Below, one piece after another: positions 1 through 9,284 of a stretch of 64,000 bases of DNA. The DNA lies in contig CAJWHW010000003.1 in the NCBI GenBank assembly GCA_913040915.1, forward strand, positions 9,701 to 73,700, read 5' to 3'. Both the position numbers and the translations under genes were made by a program. The DNA is from an uncultured Fidelibacterota bacterium. Lineage in GTDB: Bacteria > Fidelibacterota > Marinisomatia > Marinisomatales > UBA1611. The first letter of the stretch is position 1, and each line of letters begins with the position of its first letter. Under the pieces are notes generated by a model. It was given only the letters and a program-made list of their open reading frames with translations, was not told where the DNA came from and did not search any database.

Positions 1-396
1 CATGTAACCATAATTCATACAATACAATGATAAACCAGCGATAATAGTATGTCTTGCTAAATAAAATGCAAAAAACCAAAAAGGAAATTCACCATTCAAC
101 ACCAGGTACAGCACAATTGCAATTATGACAACAAAATCAGCAATTGGATCTAACCATTTTCCAAAATGTGTAACTTCATGTGCACGACGAGCAAAATAGC
201 CATCTAAAGCATCAGATAAAACAGCCAACATAATTAAGGTTGCCGTCAACCATTCAAAACCTGGAAATGCCATACTGTAAATGATTGGTATTGCAGAAAG
301 CGCACGTAACATACTGATAAAGTTGGCAAGAGTCAGTACCCTTGTTGGGTCACCAATAATTCGGTCTTTAAGTTTTAGCTTTTTGTCTTTGTTCAC
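1..396 (-). CDS. CDP-alcohol phosphatidyltransferase family protein (5' part only; gene runs off the left edge of the window)
   Basis: Not in the ORF track because it is truncated by the window edge. My own minus-strand translation from a GTG at 396..394 gives VNKDKKLKLKDRIIGDPTRVLTLANFISMLRALSAIPIIYSMAFPGFEWLTATLIMLAVLSDALDGYFARRAHEVTHFGKWLDPIADFVVIIAIVLYLV... This contains the family motif D-x2-D-G-x2-A-R-x8-G-x3-D-x3-D. The start codon choice is uncertain. Confidence 0.7.
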   Translation of the reverse strand, partial: MNKDKKLKLKDRIIGDPTRVLTLANFISMLRALSAIPIIYSMAFPGFEWLTATLIMLAVLSDALDGYFARRAHEVTHFGKWLDPIADFVVIIAIVLYLVLNGEFPFWFFAFYLARHTIIAGLSLYCMNYGYM

Positions 397-1693
397 CTTG
401 AAATTCCGATGTATCTATATTATCCAAATCTAAAATTTGATCACAGATGGATTGAATAAATAGTTGATCATGAGAAACAATAATAAAATGAATATTTGTC
501 ATACATTCTCTTAAAAATAACCGCAGTTTTTTTCGTTGATTCCAACCTAATCCAAAAGTGGGTTCATCTAAAATAAGAATATCAAATTTTGAATGAGCTA
601 GCGCCACAATAATAAATATTCTAAGCACAGCCCAGGGTAGATGAATTCCCTGTATATTTTTAATGCGATCCCAATAAATATTGAATCGCCTTAAACGATT
701 ATTAAAGGTCTTATCCAATTCTACATTAAAAATACCATTTTCAGTTAACTGTTTTATAAATTCTTCCGGTGTCTTTAATTGCAATAAATATTCCGGAAAT
801 TGATCCGCATATCCGATCAAGGGTTTATCATTCCCATTAACAGATATTTTTATTTGACCTATTTGGGGCTTTAAATATCCAAAACACATTCCAGCAAGAG
901 TGGTTTTACCTGAACCATTCTCACCTATTAAGCCAAAAGAACGACAATTTTTTATGGACAAAGTGAGATTTGAATAAATATTTCTGGATTGTTCGTAATG
1001 AAAACACAAGTTTAGAAAACTCAAATTAAGATAACCAGGTGGTATTAAAATCTCATTGTACGAAACATTGTTTTGTTTTTTCAATGAAGAAAATGAGTTC
1101 AAACTCAATTCCCAAGTTTTATCTCCGTATTTTAAATCATTTTGTTCGGATGAAACCCAGATGACAATGCCGTTTGAATTATCTATCCATTCCCGCAACC
1201 AGCTTATTGCTAAATTTTTATTTACGTCTGATAAAAATGACAATCCATCATCTATTAGTAAAATATCAGGTTTTGTATTTAACGATGTAGTCAGATTTAA
1301 CAATTCTTTTTCCCCACCTGATAAAAAGCCTGGATTCATATAAGGGTCAATAGTTGATGGTAATTTCTTCAAAATTGCTGTTAAAATCTTTTTCACTTCA
1401 ATTGGTTTAAGCCCAGAACATTCTGAAGTGAATGTTATTTCATTTTGAACAGTAGGTGTCAATATCTGTTGGTCAGGATTTTGAACAATACGGTAAATAC
1501 TAGGATCCTCTACAATAACATCAATTTCAAAATTTTGATCATGTCTATAGACGGGATTTTCAAGGCAAGATAAAAATACACTTTTTCCCACTCCACTTTC
1601 ACCATAGATAATATTAATTCCTTTAGAAAATTTAATCTCCTGCTGATAAGATATAAATTTTTTGAAATGAATATTGATTATATAATCAATCAC
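368..1693 (-). CDS. Fused two-domain ABC transporter ATP-binding protein (ECF/CbiO-like), asymmetric sites
   Basis: 441 aa with no TM segments. NBD1 has Walker A GESGVGKS, Q-loop VQNPDQQ, signature LSGGEKE and Walker B ILLIDDG (Asp where the catalytic Glu is expected). NBD2 has Walker A GENGSGKTT, Walker B ILILDEPT and H-loop VSHD, but no recognisable LSGGQ signature. It overlaps waaA by 8 nt. Confidence 0.8.
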   Translation of the reverse strand: MIDYIINIHFKKFISYQQEIKFSKGINIIYGESGVGKSVFLSCLENPVYRHDQNFEIDVIVEDPSIYRIVQNPDQQILTPTVQNEITFTSECSGLKPIEVKKILTAILKKLPSTIDPYMNPGFLSGGEKELLNLTTSLNTKPDILLIDDGLSFLSDVNKNLAISWLREWIDNSNGIVIWVSSEQNDLKYGDKTWELSLNSFSSLKKQNNVSYNEILIPPGYLNLSFLNLCFHYEQSRNIYSNLTLSIKNCRSFGLIGENGSGKTTLAGMCFGYLKPQIGQIKISVNGNDKPLIGYADQFPEYLLQLKTPEEFIKQLTENGIFNVELDKTFNNRLRRFNIYWDRIKNIQGIHLPWAVLRIFIIVALAHSKFDILILDEPTFGLGWNQRKKLRLFLRECMTNIHFIIVSHDQLFIQSICDQILDLDNIDTSEFQGEQRQKAKT

Positions 1694-2975
1694 GGATCAA
1701 ACTCCTAATGATTCGAGTAGCAGAGCCTAAATTATTATGAATAACATCTGTGGCAGCAAAACTCGCCTTTATAAAATAGGATTCATCAAAAGCAAGATGT
1801 CTTAGTTTGGTTATGAACTCATCTCCATGCTGAATACAAAAACCACCACCATATTTCAGAAGTTCTTCACCCTCATGCGCATGGTGATATTTTGGACCAA
1901 ATATTACTGGTAAACGAGCAATTGCAGGTTCCATCACATTGTGAATTCCTGTTGAAAATCCGCCACCGACATAGGCGATCATTCCCTGCCAATAGAGTTT
2001 AGATAGAACACCAACAACACCCAGAATAACAACTCTGTCATCAGGCAATTGGAGAGTATCCTTACGTATAATGGAAGGCTCAATCCCTAAATCTGAAAAT
2101 AGAACCTTAATCCTGTTAATTTCAGATTCATTTGGTTCGTGTGGTGCATATAATACTTTCCAGTCAGGATTGGATTGAAGAAAGGAGAATAAAACAGGAA
2201 TAAGAAATCGGTCATCTTCCGTATGTGCACTACCAATAATAATTCTTTTATCCCTATTTAGAACCGATTTTTGGTGTTCATTAGTGAATTCATCTGAAGA
2301 TTGCTTGACCATATCATAACGTGGATTACCAAGAGAACGTAAAATAGGACTTTTCCTGTTTCCCACGATATTCCTAATACGATCGTAATCTTTTTTTGCG
2401 ACGGTATATATTGTTGTAATAGAACAATAAATAGCTTTATAAAAACTTCGAAATCCAAATTTGGATTTTAAGGATCCATCTTTGACTATTGCTGCAAAAA
2501 TATTTGAATGAATTGCCATTCTTTCCAAGCTCCAAATTAGGTTAGGCCAAATATCATAGGATGCAAAAATCACCTTCTTGGGCCGAATAATCTTCAGTGC
2601 CTGCCTTACAGTCCAAATAAAATCAAAAGGAATATAAAATCTAAAATCAATATCATCACTCGTTGCATTTTCATATCCAGAAGGTGATGAAAAACTGACG
2701 ATACAAATCACTTCCGGCTCCACTTCTTTTAATCCTTTCAATACAGGTAGGACTTGATGATACTCACCAAGACTTGCTGAGTGAAACCAATATATTATGT
2801 GTGATGAATCTATATTTTTAAAGTATAACTTTAATTGCGATATTGAATTAAACTTACCTTTAATACTTTGTCTTAATTTTAGATGAAAAAAAGATGCTAT
2901 ACATGCCCCAGTAAATAATAAAGGATACAAAATTAAGTTATAAATCACTGACCAAAAGACTTTCATCTTAATCAA
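1686..2975 (-). CDS. waaA: 3-deoxy-D-manno-octulosonic acid (Kdo) transferase
   Basis: 429 aa with an N-terminal TM helix. The HSASLGEY motif and the C-terminal GGGFSTGIHNVMEPAIARLPVIFGP block match GT30 Kdo transferases. It overlaps the upstream GT9 gene by 4 nt. Confidence 0.85.
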   Translation of the reverse strand: MIKMKVFWSVIYNLILYPLLFTGACIASFFHLKLRQSIKGKFNSISQLKLYFKNIDSSHIIYWFHSASLGEYHQVLPVLKGLKEVEPEVICIVSFSSPSGYENATSDDIDFRFYIPFDFIWTVRQALKIIRPKKVIFASYDIWPNLIWSLERMAIHSNIFAAIVKDGSLKSKFGFRSFYKAIYCSITTIYTVAKKDYDRIRNIVGNRKSPILRSLGNPRYDMVKQSSDEFTNEHQKSVLNRDKRIIIGSAHTEDDRFLIPVLFSFLQSNPDWKVLYAPHEPNESEINRIKVLFSDLGIEPSIIRKDTLQLPDDRVVILGVVGVLSKLYWQGMIAYVGGGFSTGIHNVMEPAIARLPVIFGPKYHHAHEGEELLKYGGGFCIQHGDEFITKLRHLAFDESYFIKASFAATDVIHNNLGSATRIIRSLIRD

Positions 2976-3967
2976 TTAGGAATTGAATTAAAAATATCTT
3001 TTACTGAAATACTATCCATACATACCTGAGTTTTTCTATAACACGGTATGCTACCATTCTGCGAACATGGCCTACACCAGACATCATCCTCAATTATTGT
3101 AGAACTATCTAAATAAGCACCGGCACCTGTCTGTCTGGATGTTGGCCCTAAAATCATGGTAACTGCGACATCCAAGGCTTCCGCTGCATGAAGTAACCCT
3201 GTATCACTGCCTACAACATAATCAGATTGAGATAAAATAGCTAGTGACTGCCGTAATGTCGTTTTTCCTGCAAGATTCAAAGCATCTGGTAGTTTTTCAG
3301 CAATTTGAAAACAAATTTTGTCCTTGCTTGAACCAATAATGACCACATCTTTTTCTATTTTTTTAATTAGGCTGATATATTTTTTTATAGACCATTGCTT
3401 CTGTCTCCAAGCAGAACCTGGTACTATCGATAGATATGGACCTTCTATGGAATTTGATTTCAATAATTTTATAGCAAAAGATTTTTCTGCTTTTGATACA
3501 AATAAAGATGTACCTGGAACTTCATCGCCATTTTTCCAAATATTACCTAAATGTTGGTGATACATTTTTCTAGTAGAAAAATTTTCAGAGAACTGATTTT
3601 TATGAAATTGGAAAAGCATAAACCTATTCCATCGCGGCTTTTGTAATTGATATATAGGGTTTGAGATTTGCATTGTCAGCAATTTTGAACGTAATGAATT
3701 ATGTAAATCATAAGTTATATCATATTGCTTATCTTTGATAAATGTTGAAAAATTCCATAGATCTTGAATGGATTTGTTTCTTTGGATTCCTATTACTTCA
3801 TCAATGTCATGATGAAATTCTAATAAAGGGACAAATTGATTTAATGTGAGAAATGTTATTCTGGCCTTTGGGTAATTTAGTCTTATAGTTTTCAATGGAG
3901 ACGTAGCCAGAATAATATCTCCGATAGAACTAAATCGGATGATCAGAATTTTCTGATCAAATGACAT
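2972..3967 (-). CDS. Glycosyltransferase family 9 (LPS heptosyltransferase-like)
   Basis: 331 aa. The N-terminal ILIIRFSSIGDIILATSPL and C-terminal VVGSDTGLLHAAEAL motifs are typical of GT9 (RfaF/WaaC-like). It sits in an operon with waaA. Acceptor specificity cannot be inferred. Confidence 0.8.
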   Translation of the reverse strand: MSFDQKILIIRFSSIGDIILATSPLKTIRLNYPKARITFLTLNQFVPLLEFHHDIDEVIGIQRNKSIQDLWNFSTFIKDKQYDITYDLHNSLRSKLLTMQISNPIYQLQKPRWNRFMLFQFHKNQFSENFSTRKMYHQHLGNIWKNGDEVPGTSLFVSKAEKSFAIKLLKSNSIEGPYLSIVPGSAWRQKQWSIKKYISLIKKIEKDVVIIGSSKDKICFQIAEKLPDALNLAGKTTLRQSLAILSQSDYVVGSDTGLLHAAEALDVAVTMILGPTSRQTGAGAYLDSSTIIEDDVWCRPCSQNGSIPCYRKTQVCMDSISVKDIFNSIPN

Positions 3968-3971
3968 AATT

Positions 3972-4991
3972 TTATTTTACCCGTAGTGTGTTAAAAACCA
4001 CAAGATCAGTCAAGGATTGTTTTACAGCTGATTCAGGATAAAATTGAATAGCATCTATTGCATTATTGGAAAAATCATCCAGTTTCTGGCGTGCATATTT
4101 AAAGCCGCCAGACTCTTCTACCATCCATCGAATCTCTGATAATACTTTCTTTGTTTTAGTTTTAGCACGAAGCAGTTTTTTTAAACGACGGTTTTCTGAT
4201 TTCGTCATATTGGAATACGAAAATATTAGGGGCAAGGTCATCATATTTTTCTTTACATCCCCACCTCCATTTTTTCCGGTGTCACTTTCACTTCCTAATA
4301 AGTCAAATAGGTCATCCTTAATTTGGAATGCCATGCCTAAATTTTCCCCATAATCAAAAGTCGCTTTTCTATCTTTGTCCGTCTTCGTAGTCGTAATTGC
4401 TCCCAGCTCACAACTTGTGGCAATTAAAGAAGCTGTTTTTTGATTAATCATATCAAAATAAATTTTCTCTGTCATGGATTTAGTAATACTTTTTTCAATT
4501 TGTAGAATTTCACCAGCGCTTAACATTTCAGCAGTATTCGAAATTCTTTCTAGAGCATCAAAATCTTTGATTTGAATCATATTTATAAGTGCTTTACTTA
4601 AAATAAAATCTCCCATAAGAATCGAAATTTTATTTTTCCAAATTTGATTAATTGAGGGCTTTCCTCTTCTGATTGTTGCATCATCTACCACATCATCGTG
4701 AATTAGAGTGGCAATATGCAAAAGTTCCATCATTGCAGCTGCTTTATAACTGTTTAGTGTCGGTTCACCACATAGTCTAGCAGATAAAATTGTTAAAATT
4801 GGGCGGATATTTTTGCCTCGATTCTTTATCATATACTTTGAAATAGAATTGATAAGACGAACCTCAGATTTTAACGCATTTTCAAATTCTTCTTGAAAAA
4901 CTTTAATGTCATCAATAATGGGGGCAGTAATTTGTTTTAATGTGACTAAATCTTTATGCATAACTAAACAGAAATTACCGAAGCGAACCAA
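3972..4991 (-). CDS. Polyprenyl diphosphate synthase (trans-isoprenyl diphosphate synthase, long-chain IspB-like)
   Basis: It carries both aspartate-rich motifs, LIHDDVVDD and FQIKDDLFD. The track ORF starts at a TTG (4991). An ATG at 4961 (MHKDLVTLKQI...) is an equally plausible start. Product chain length cannot be inferred. Confidence 0.85.
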   Translation of the reverse strand: MVRFGNFCLVMHKDLVTLKQITAPIIDDIKVFQEEFENALKSEVRLINSISKYMIKNRGKNIRPILTILSARLCGEPTLNSYKAAAMMELLHIATLIHDDVVDDATIRRGKPSINQIWKNKISILMGDFILSKALINMIQIKDFDALERISNTAEMLSAGEILQIEKSITKSMTEKIYFDMINQKTASLIATSCELGAITTTKTDKDRKATFDYGENLGMAFQIKDDLFDLLGSESDTGKNGGGDVKKNMMTLPLIFSYSNMTKSENRRLKKLLRAKTKTKKVLSEIRWMVEESGGFKYARQKLDDFSNNAIDAIQFYPESAVKQSLTDLVVFNTLRVK

Positions 4992-5009
4992 AGGTGTTCA
5001 AACAGTTAT

Positions 5010-5729
5010 CTACCTGTTGACCATCCACGATACACCTATACTTATTTCATATAAAAAAATTAAAGGAAATGCCATTATTATCATTGAAACAGGGTCTGGA
5101 GGTGTAATAAAAGATGATAAAATGAGAATCACAATTATAGCGTGTCGTCGATAATGGCGCATGAATGGCGGCGTCAGGAGTCCAATAACAGATAACAATA
5201 GCGAGACCACCGGTAATTGAAAAATGACACCCGAGCCTAGTAATAACCAGGTTAAGAAACTAAAATAATATTGGATAGAAAAATTATTTTCCACATGGCC
5301 TCCACTTATACCACTAAAAAATTCTAATGAAAATGGTATTAAGATAAAATAGCCAAAACTGACTCCGATAATAAATGAAGAAAATGCAAAAAAAACTACA
5401 GGAATTGCATATTTTTTCTCATTTACCTTAAGTCCTGGGGCAACAAATTTCCAAAATTGATAAATCAAAACCGGTAAAGCGATGATGAATCCTGATATAA
5501 ATGAAATAAACCATTTAATTATAAACATTCCCTGTACTGATAAAACCTGAAGGTAAATTGCACTAGAAGTATTTTTTGTTGGTAAAAGTAAGAACTTTAA
5601 AATTTCATCAATATATCCAAATGAAAGAGCAGAGCCAATAACAATAGCTAATAAAGATTTTACTAATCGCCATCTTAATTCTTCAAGGTGTTCTAAAAAA
5701 CCCATTTCATTAGGTGATTCATCATGCAT
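5010..5729 (-). CDS. tatC: Twin-arginine translocase subunit TatC
   Basis: 239 aa polytopic membrane protein. The N-terminal MGFLEHLEELRWRLVKSL matches the conserved TatC N-terminus, and about 6 TM helices are visible. Confidence 0.9.
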   Translation of the reverse strand: MHDESPNEMGFLEHLEELRWRLVKSLLAIVIGSALSFGYIDEILKFLLLPTKNTSSAIYLQVLSVQGMFIIKWFISFISGFIIALPVLIYQFWKFVAPGLKVNEKKYAIPVVFFAFSSFIIGVSFGYFILIPFSLEFFSGISGGHVENNFSIQYYFSFLTWLLLGSGVIFQLPVVSLLLSVIGLLTPPFMRHYRRHAIIVILILSSFITPPDPVSMIIMAFPLIFLYEISIGVSWMVNR

Positions 5730-6666
5730 TTTTCTGTTTATCTAATAATTGTTGAGCCATCATTACCGGAGATGATTGAATTGATTGCAAAGATCGTGTA
5801 GTTTTATTAAGAATTGATATTTTCTCTTTTGTCCAAAATACATTTTCTAAACTTTCTCGGATTAAATCAGAAACTCGTGTTCTATACCTATTTAATCTCC
5901 TATCATCCACTAAACCAATTTTTTCCATCATTTTTAAATGATTCTGAATACCTAAAAATAATTCCACTATACCATTATCCTGGTTAGCAATTGTATTGAA
6001 TACCGGTGGTTCTATTTTTTTATTAGTTGAAAAATTATGAATAATATTCTTTAGTAAAGATGCTAAACGATTTGCTCCATCTCTATCAGCTTTATTAATT
6101 ACAAATATATCTGCAATTTCAATTAGGCCAGCTTTCATTAATTGAATCTCATCACCAGACTCTGGGACTAACAATACAATGGTCAAATCTGCGGCTTTTG
6201 CTATATCATGTTCACCTTGGCCAACACCAACAGTTTCAAATAAGATTATATCTTTCCCACTGGCAGAAAGGATGTCTGCAACTTCCTGGGATTTTCTTGC
6301 TAAACCACCTAATTCACCATGGCTACCCATACTTCGGATAAATACACGCTCATCCCATAGATATTTATTCATGCGTACACGATCGCCAAGAAGAGCGCCT
6401 CCAGAAAATGGACTAGTGGGATCAATGGCAATTACTCCAACTCTGTGATTATTGGATAGGAATATATCTATCAATGTATTGGTTAGAGTACTTTTTCCTG
6501 CACCGGGGGGGCCGGTAATACCTATGCGATATGATTGGGAAGAGTTTTCAAATAGTTCTTCAAAAAAGGAATAAGGAATAGTTTGGTTATTCTCGATTTG
6601 TGTAATTGCTTTTGAAATAGAACCGGCATCATTTTTTAATATACCAGAGATTAGAGATTCAGGCAT
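5722..6666 (-). CDS. meaB: MeaB/ArgK-family G3E GTPase (methylmalonyl-CoA mutase-associated type)
   Basis: Motifs present: GITGPPGAGKSTL (P-loop), SPFSGGALLGDRVRM, FIRSMGSHGELGG, ETVGVGQGE and NKAD. The 3' end overlaps the tatC start by 8 nt. Confidence 0.85.
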   Translation of the reverse strand: MPESLISGILKNDAGSISKAITQIENNQTIPYSFFEELFENSSQSYRIGITGPPGAGKSTLTNTLIDIFLSNNHRVGVIAIDPTSPFSGGALLGDRVRMNKYLWDERVFIRSMGSHGELGGLARKSQEVADILSASGKDIILFETVGVGQGEHDIAKAADLTIVLLVPESGDEIQLMKAGLIEIADIFVINKADRDGANRLASLLKNIIHNFSTNKKIEPPVFNTIANQDNGIVELFLGIQNHLKMMEKIGLVDDRRLNRYRTRVSDLIRESLENVFWTKEKISILNKTTRSLQSIQSSPVMMAQQLLDKQKNA

Positions 6667-7383
6667 CTATGAATCAAATTCCTGTATAAAGATGTTATAA
6701 TTATTGATGGTTAGCTCTCTTCCTTTTCTTGAAATATATCCTTCTTTTTCCAGTAATTTTAATGCACGAGAGACTGTTTCTCTTGATGTACCAGACATAT
6801 TTGCTATATCCTGCTGAATAGGAGCTTTTGAGATATTGACACTTCCTTTTTTAATCACACCACTTTCATCTGCAATTCTTAATATACATAAAGCAATACG
6901 TTTTTCTGCAGCACTTAAAGAAAGACTCGCAATTTGTCTATCGCTTTTCCTTAACCTTAAAGCCATCTCCTTTAAAAGTTGAATTGCAATTTGTGGGTAA
7001 CCTTTTAAGACAATTAAAAAGTCACTTCGGTTCAAAGTCAAAACCTCTGTATCATCAAGTGCAATAACATTTGCTGATCTAGATTCACCATCTAGAAGGG
7101 ACATTTCACCAAAAAATTCTCCATCATTCAATATTGCTAAAATTACTTCCCTCCCTTCTTTACTAAGTCGTGTAATCTTAACACTGCCCTTTGTGACAAA
7201 AAAACACTGTTCAGCTTCGGTCTCTTCCAATAGGATTATATGTCCTGCTTCATATTCACGTGACACCATTTTTTCCGATATATAGCCCAATTCTTTTTCA
7301 GGTAAATCCCAAAATAATGATACAGATTGTAAAAGTTGAATTTTGTCCATATTAAAAGATACCAAGACATCAGGTATTTTCAA
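6667..7383 (-). CDS. Crp/Fnr-family transcriptional regulator
   Basis: 238 aa. It has an N-terminal cyclic-nucleotide-binding-type beta-roll (GEFFGEMSLLDGESRSANV) and a C-terminal HTH (TSRETVSRALKLLEKEGYI). There is no FNR-type N-terminal cysteine cluster. Confidence 0.85.
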   Translation of the reverse strand: MKIPDVLVSFNMDKIQLLQSVSLFWDLPEKELGYISEKMVSREYEAGHIILLEETEAEQCFFVTKGSVKITRLSKEGREVILAILNDGEFFGEMSLLDGESRSANVIALDDTEVLTLNRSDFLIVLKGYPQIAIQLLKEMALRLRKSDRQIASLSLSAAEKRIALCILRIADESGVIKKGSVNISKAPIQQDIANMSGTSRETVSRALKLLEKEGYISRKGRELTINNYNIFIQEFDS

Positions 7384-7473
7384 ATTTTATATATCAGAAT
7401 AATGTAGTTTTTATTGAGCAAGTTAACTTGTATGACTAACAACAATTTGCCTAAAATATACCTTAACAGTTGG

Positions 7474-7503
7474 TTGACTATGTTTTTCAAGATTTTGTAA
7501 TAT
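7474..7503 (+). promoter_or_regulatory. Putative sigma70-type promoter of rpsT
   Basis: TTGACT (7474..7479), an 18-nt spacer ending in TG, then TAATAT (7498..7503). An AAGGGAG Shine-Dalgarno-like element lies about 10 nt upstream of the ATG at 7535. This is pattern matching only. Confidence 0.45.
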
Positions 7504-7534
7504 TGCCAGCTTTAAACTAAAGGGAGAATATTAA

Positions 7535-7789
7535 ATGGATAGACATCCACAGCAGATTAAAAGGGAACGGCAGGATATAAAAAGAAGAGCTAGAAATGTA
7601 GAAAATATGTCTAAACTTAGAACACATATCAAGAAAGTTTTATCAACTAAGAAAAAAGCTGACGCAGAAAAAGTTTATTCAGAAGCAGTAAGTGTAATTG
7701 ATAAGGCTGTAAATAAAAACTTGATTCATAAAAATACCGGCGCGAGACGAAAAGCTCAAATAACACACCATCTGAATTCCCTTAGCTGA
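7535..7789 (+). CDS. rpsT: 30S ribosomal protein S20
   Basis: 84 aa, highly basic. The layout KRERQDIKRRARNVENMSKLRTHIKK...IHKNTGARRKAQITHHL is typical of S20. Confidence 0.9.
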   Translation: MDRHPQQIKRERQDIKRRARNVENMSKLRTHIKKVLSTKKKADAEKVYSEAVSVIDKAVNKNLIHKNTGARRKAQITHHLNSLS

Positions 7790-7808
7790 TTAAAGGTTAA
7801 TCTTTTTT
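7788..7808 (+). terminator. Weak candidate rho-independent terminator after rpsT
   Basis: GATTAA-AGG-TTAATC hairpin (6-bp AT-rich stem, 3-nt loop, overlapping the TGA stop) followed by TTTTTT. The stem is weak. It lies in the 23-nt gap between convergent rpsT and guaB. Confidence 0.3.
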
Positions 7809-7812
7809 ATAA

Positions 7813-9282
7813 TTAAGCTTCAGATATCTGATAATTTGGGGCTTCTTTTATAATTCGGACTTCATGAGGGTGATTTTCTTTAATACCAGCAGCTGTTATC
7901 TGAATAAATTTTGTACTCTGTCCGAATTGAGAAATCGTTTTGCAACCGCAGTATCCCATAGATGAACGAATACCACCTATTAATTGATGGATCGTATTTC
8001 TAACTTGCCCCCTATAAGGTACCATTCCTTCAATACCTTCAGGAACTAATTTTGTAGAATCAGCACCTTCTTGGAAATATCTATCGCCACTTCCCTCTTG
8101 CATTGCTTCCATAGAACCCATTCCACGATAAGATTTATACTGGCGACCTTCATATAAAATCGTTTCTCCGGGACTTTCATCCATCCCAGCAAGCAAACTG
8201 CCCAACATCACAGAATCTGCACCTGCAGCTAGAGCTTTTGCAATATCTCCGCTATAACGAAGCCCACCATCAGCAATCACAGGAACTTTACTATCTCTAG
8301 CCACATCTACAGCATCCATGATTGCAGTCAATTGTGGCACTCCTACTCCTGCAATTACTCTCGTGGTACAGCTTGCACCGGCACCAATCCCTACTTTCAC
8401 GCAATCTACACCCGCATCAATTAAGGCTTGAGTACCATTGCCCGTTGCAACATTACCAGCTATAACAGCAATTTTAGGAAAGGTATTCTTTATGGCTTCA
8501 ATTGTTGATAAAACACCCTTAGAATGACCATGTGCAGTATCTATTACAATGGCATCTACTTCTGCATCAGCTAGGGCACCTGCTCTATCAATAGAGTCAT
8601 CTGATACACCAACAGCTGCTGCAACTCTAAGGCGTCCGTTCTTATCCTTACAAGCGTTAGGATTATCTTCTTTTTTCTGAATATCTTTAACTGTAATAAG
8701 TCCAGTTAAATTTCCATTATTATCTACCACTAACAATTTTTCTATCCGATGTTTCTGAAGAATGTCTTTGGATTTTTCTAATGACGTTCCAATTGGTACT
8801 GTTACCAAGTTTTCTGAAGTCATTCTTTCAGATACTTTTAAAGAATTATCAGTCTCAAAACGTATATCACGATTTGTAAGGATTCCAACTAGATGTTCAT
8901 CTCGAATTACAGGTAAACCACTAATCTTATATTTCGCCATGATGTTTTTAGCTTCTGATATTGTTGAATCAAAGGTTATCGTTACAGGATTGATGATCAT
9001 TCCACTTTCTGACCGTTTGACTCGATCAACCATTTGAGCCTGGTCTTCTATAGACAAATTTTTGTGAATAATACCCATACCTCCTGTTCTTGCCATAGCA
9101 ATAGCCATTTCACTTTCTGTTACCGTATCCATTGCAGCACTTAAAATGGGAATATTTAGAGTAATTTCTTTAGTTAAACGAGTAATTAACTCCACATCAC
9201 GCGGTAAAACTGATGACTCCTGCGGAACAAGTAATACATCATCAAAGGTCAATGCCTGTTGAAATGGTGGACGATTATTCAC
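7813..9282 (-). CDS. guaB: Inosine-5'-monophosphate dehydrogenase
   Basis: 489 aa. It has [11 protein letters not shown] at the N-terminus, an inserted CBS pair, the catalytic-loop [11 protein letters not shown] and the [17 protein letters not shown] block. Confidence 0.95.
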   Translation of the reverse strand: MNNRPPFQQALTFDDVLLVPQESSVLPRDVELITRLTKEITLNIPILSAAMDTVTESEMAIAMARTGGMGIIHKNLSIEDQAQMVDRVKRSESGMIINPVTITFDSTISEAKNIMAKYKISGLPVIRDEHLVGILTNRDIRFETDNSLKVSERMTSENLVTVPIGTSLEKSKDILQKHRIEKLLVVDNNGNLTGLITVKDIQKKEDNPNACKDKNGRLRVAAAVGVSDDSIDRAGALADAEVDAIVIDTAHGHSKGVLSTIEAIKNTFPKIAVIAGNVATGNGTQALIDAGVDCVKVGIGAGASCTTRVIAGVGVPQLTAIMDAVDVARDSKVPVIADGGLRYSGDIAKALAAGADSVMLGSLLAGMDESPGETILYEGRQYKSYRGMGSMEAMQEGSGDRYFQEGADSTKLVPEGIEGMVPYRGQVRNTIHQLIGGIRSSMGYCGCKTISQFGQSTKFIQITAAGIKENHPHEVRIIKEAPNYQISEA

Positions 9283-9284
9283 TA

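Noticed and set aside
1056-1343. Plus-strand ORFs of 60-140 aa scattered through the window, for example 1056..1343, 16016..16384, 18781..19194, 33979..34353 and 47822..48244.
   Set aside because: Each lies entirely antisense to a long, motif-supported minus-strand gene. Their composition is odd (runs of H/Q/L or S/P) and they have no recognisable motifs. I treat them as shadow ORFs of an AT-rich genome.
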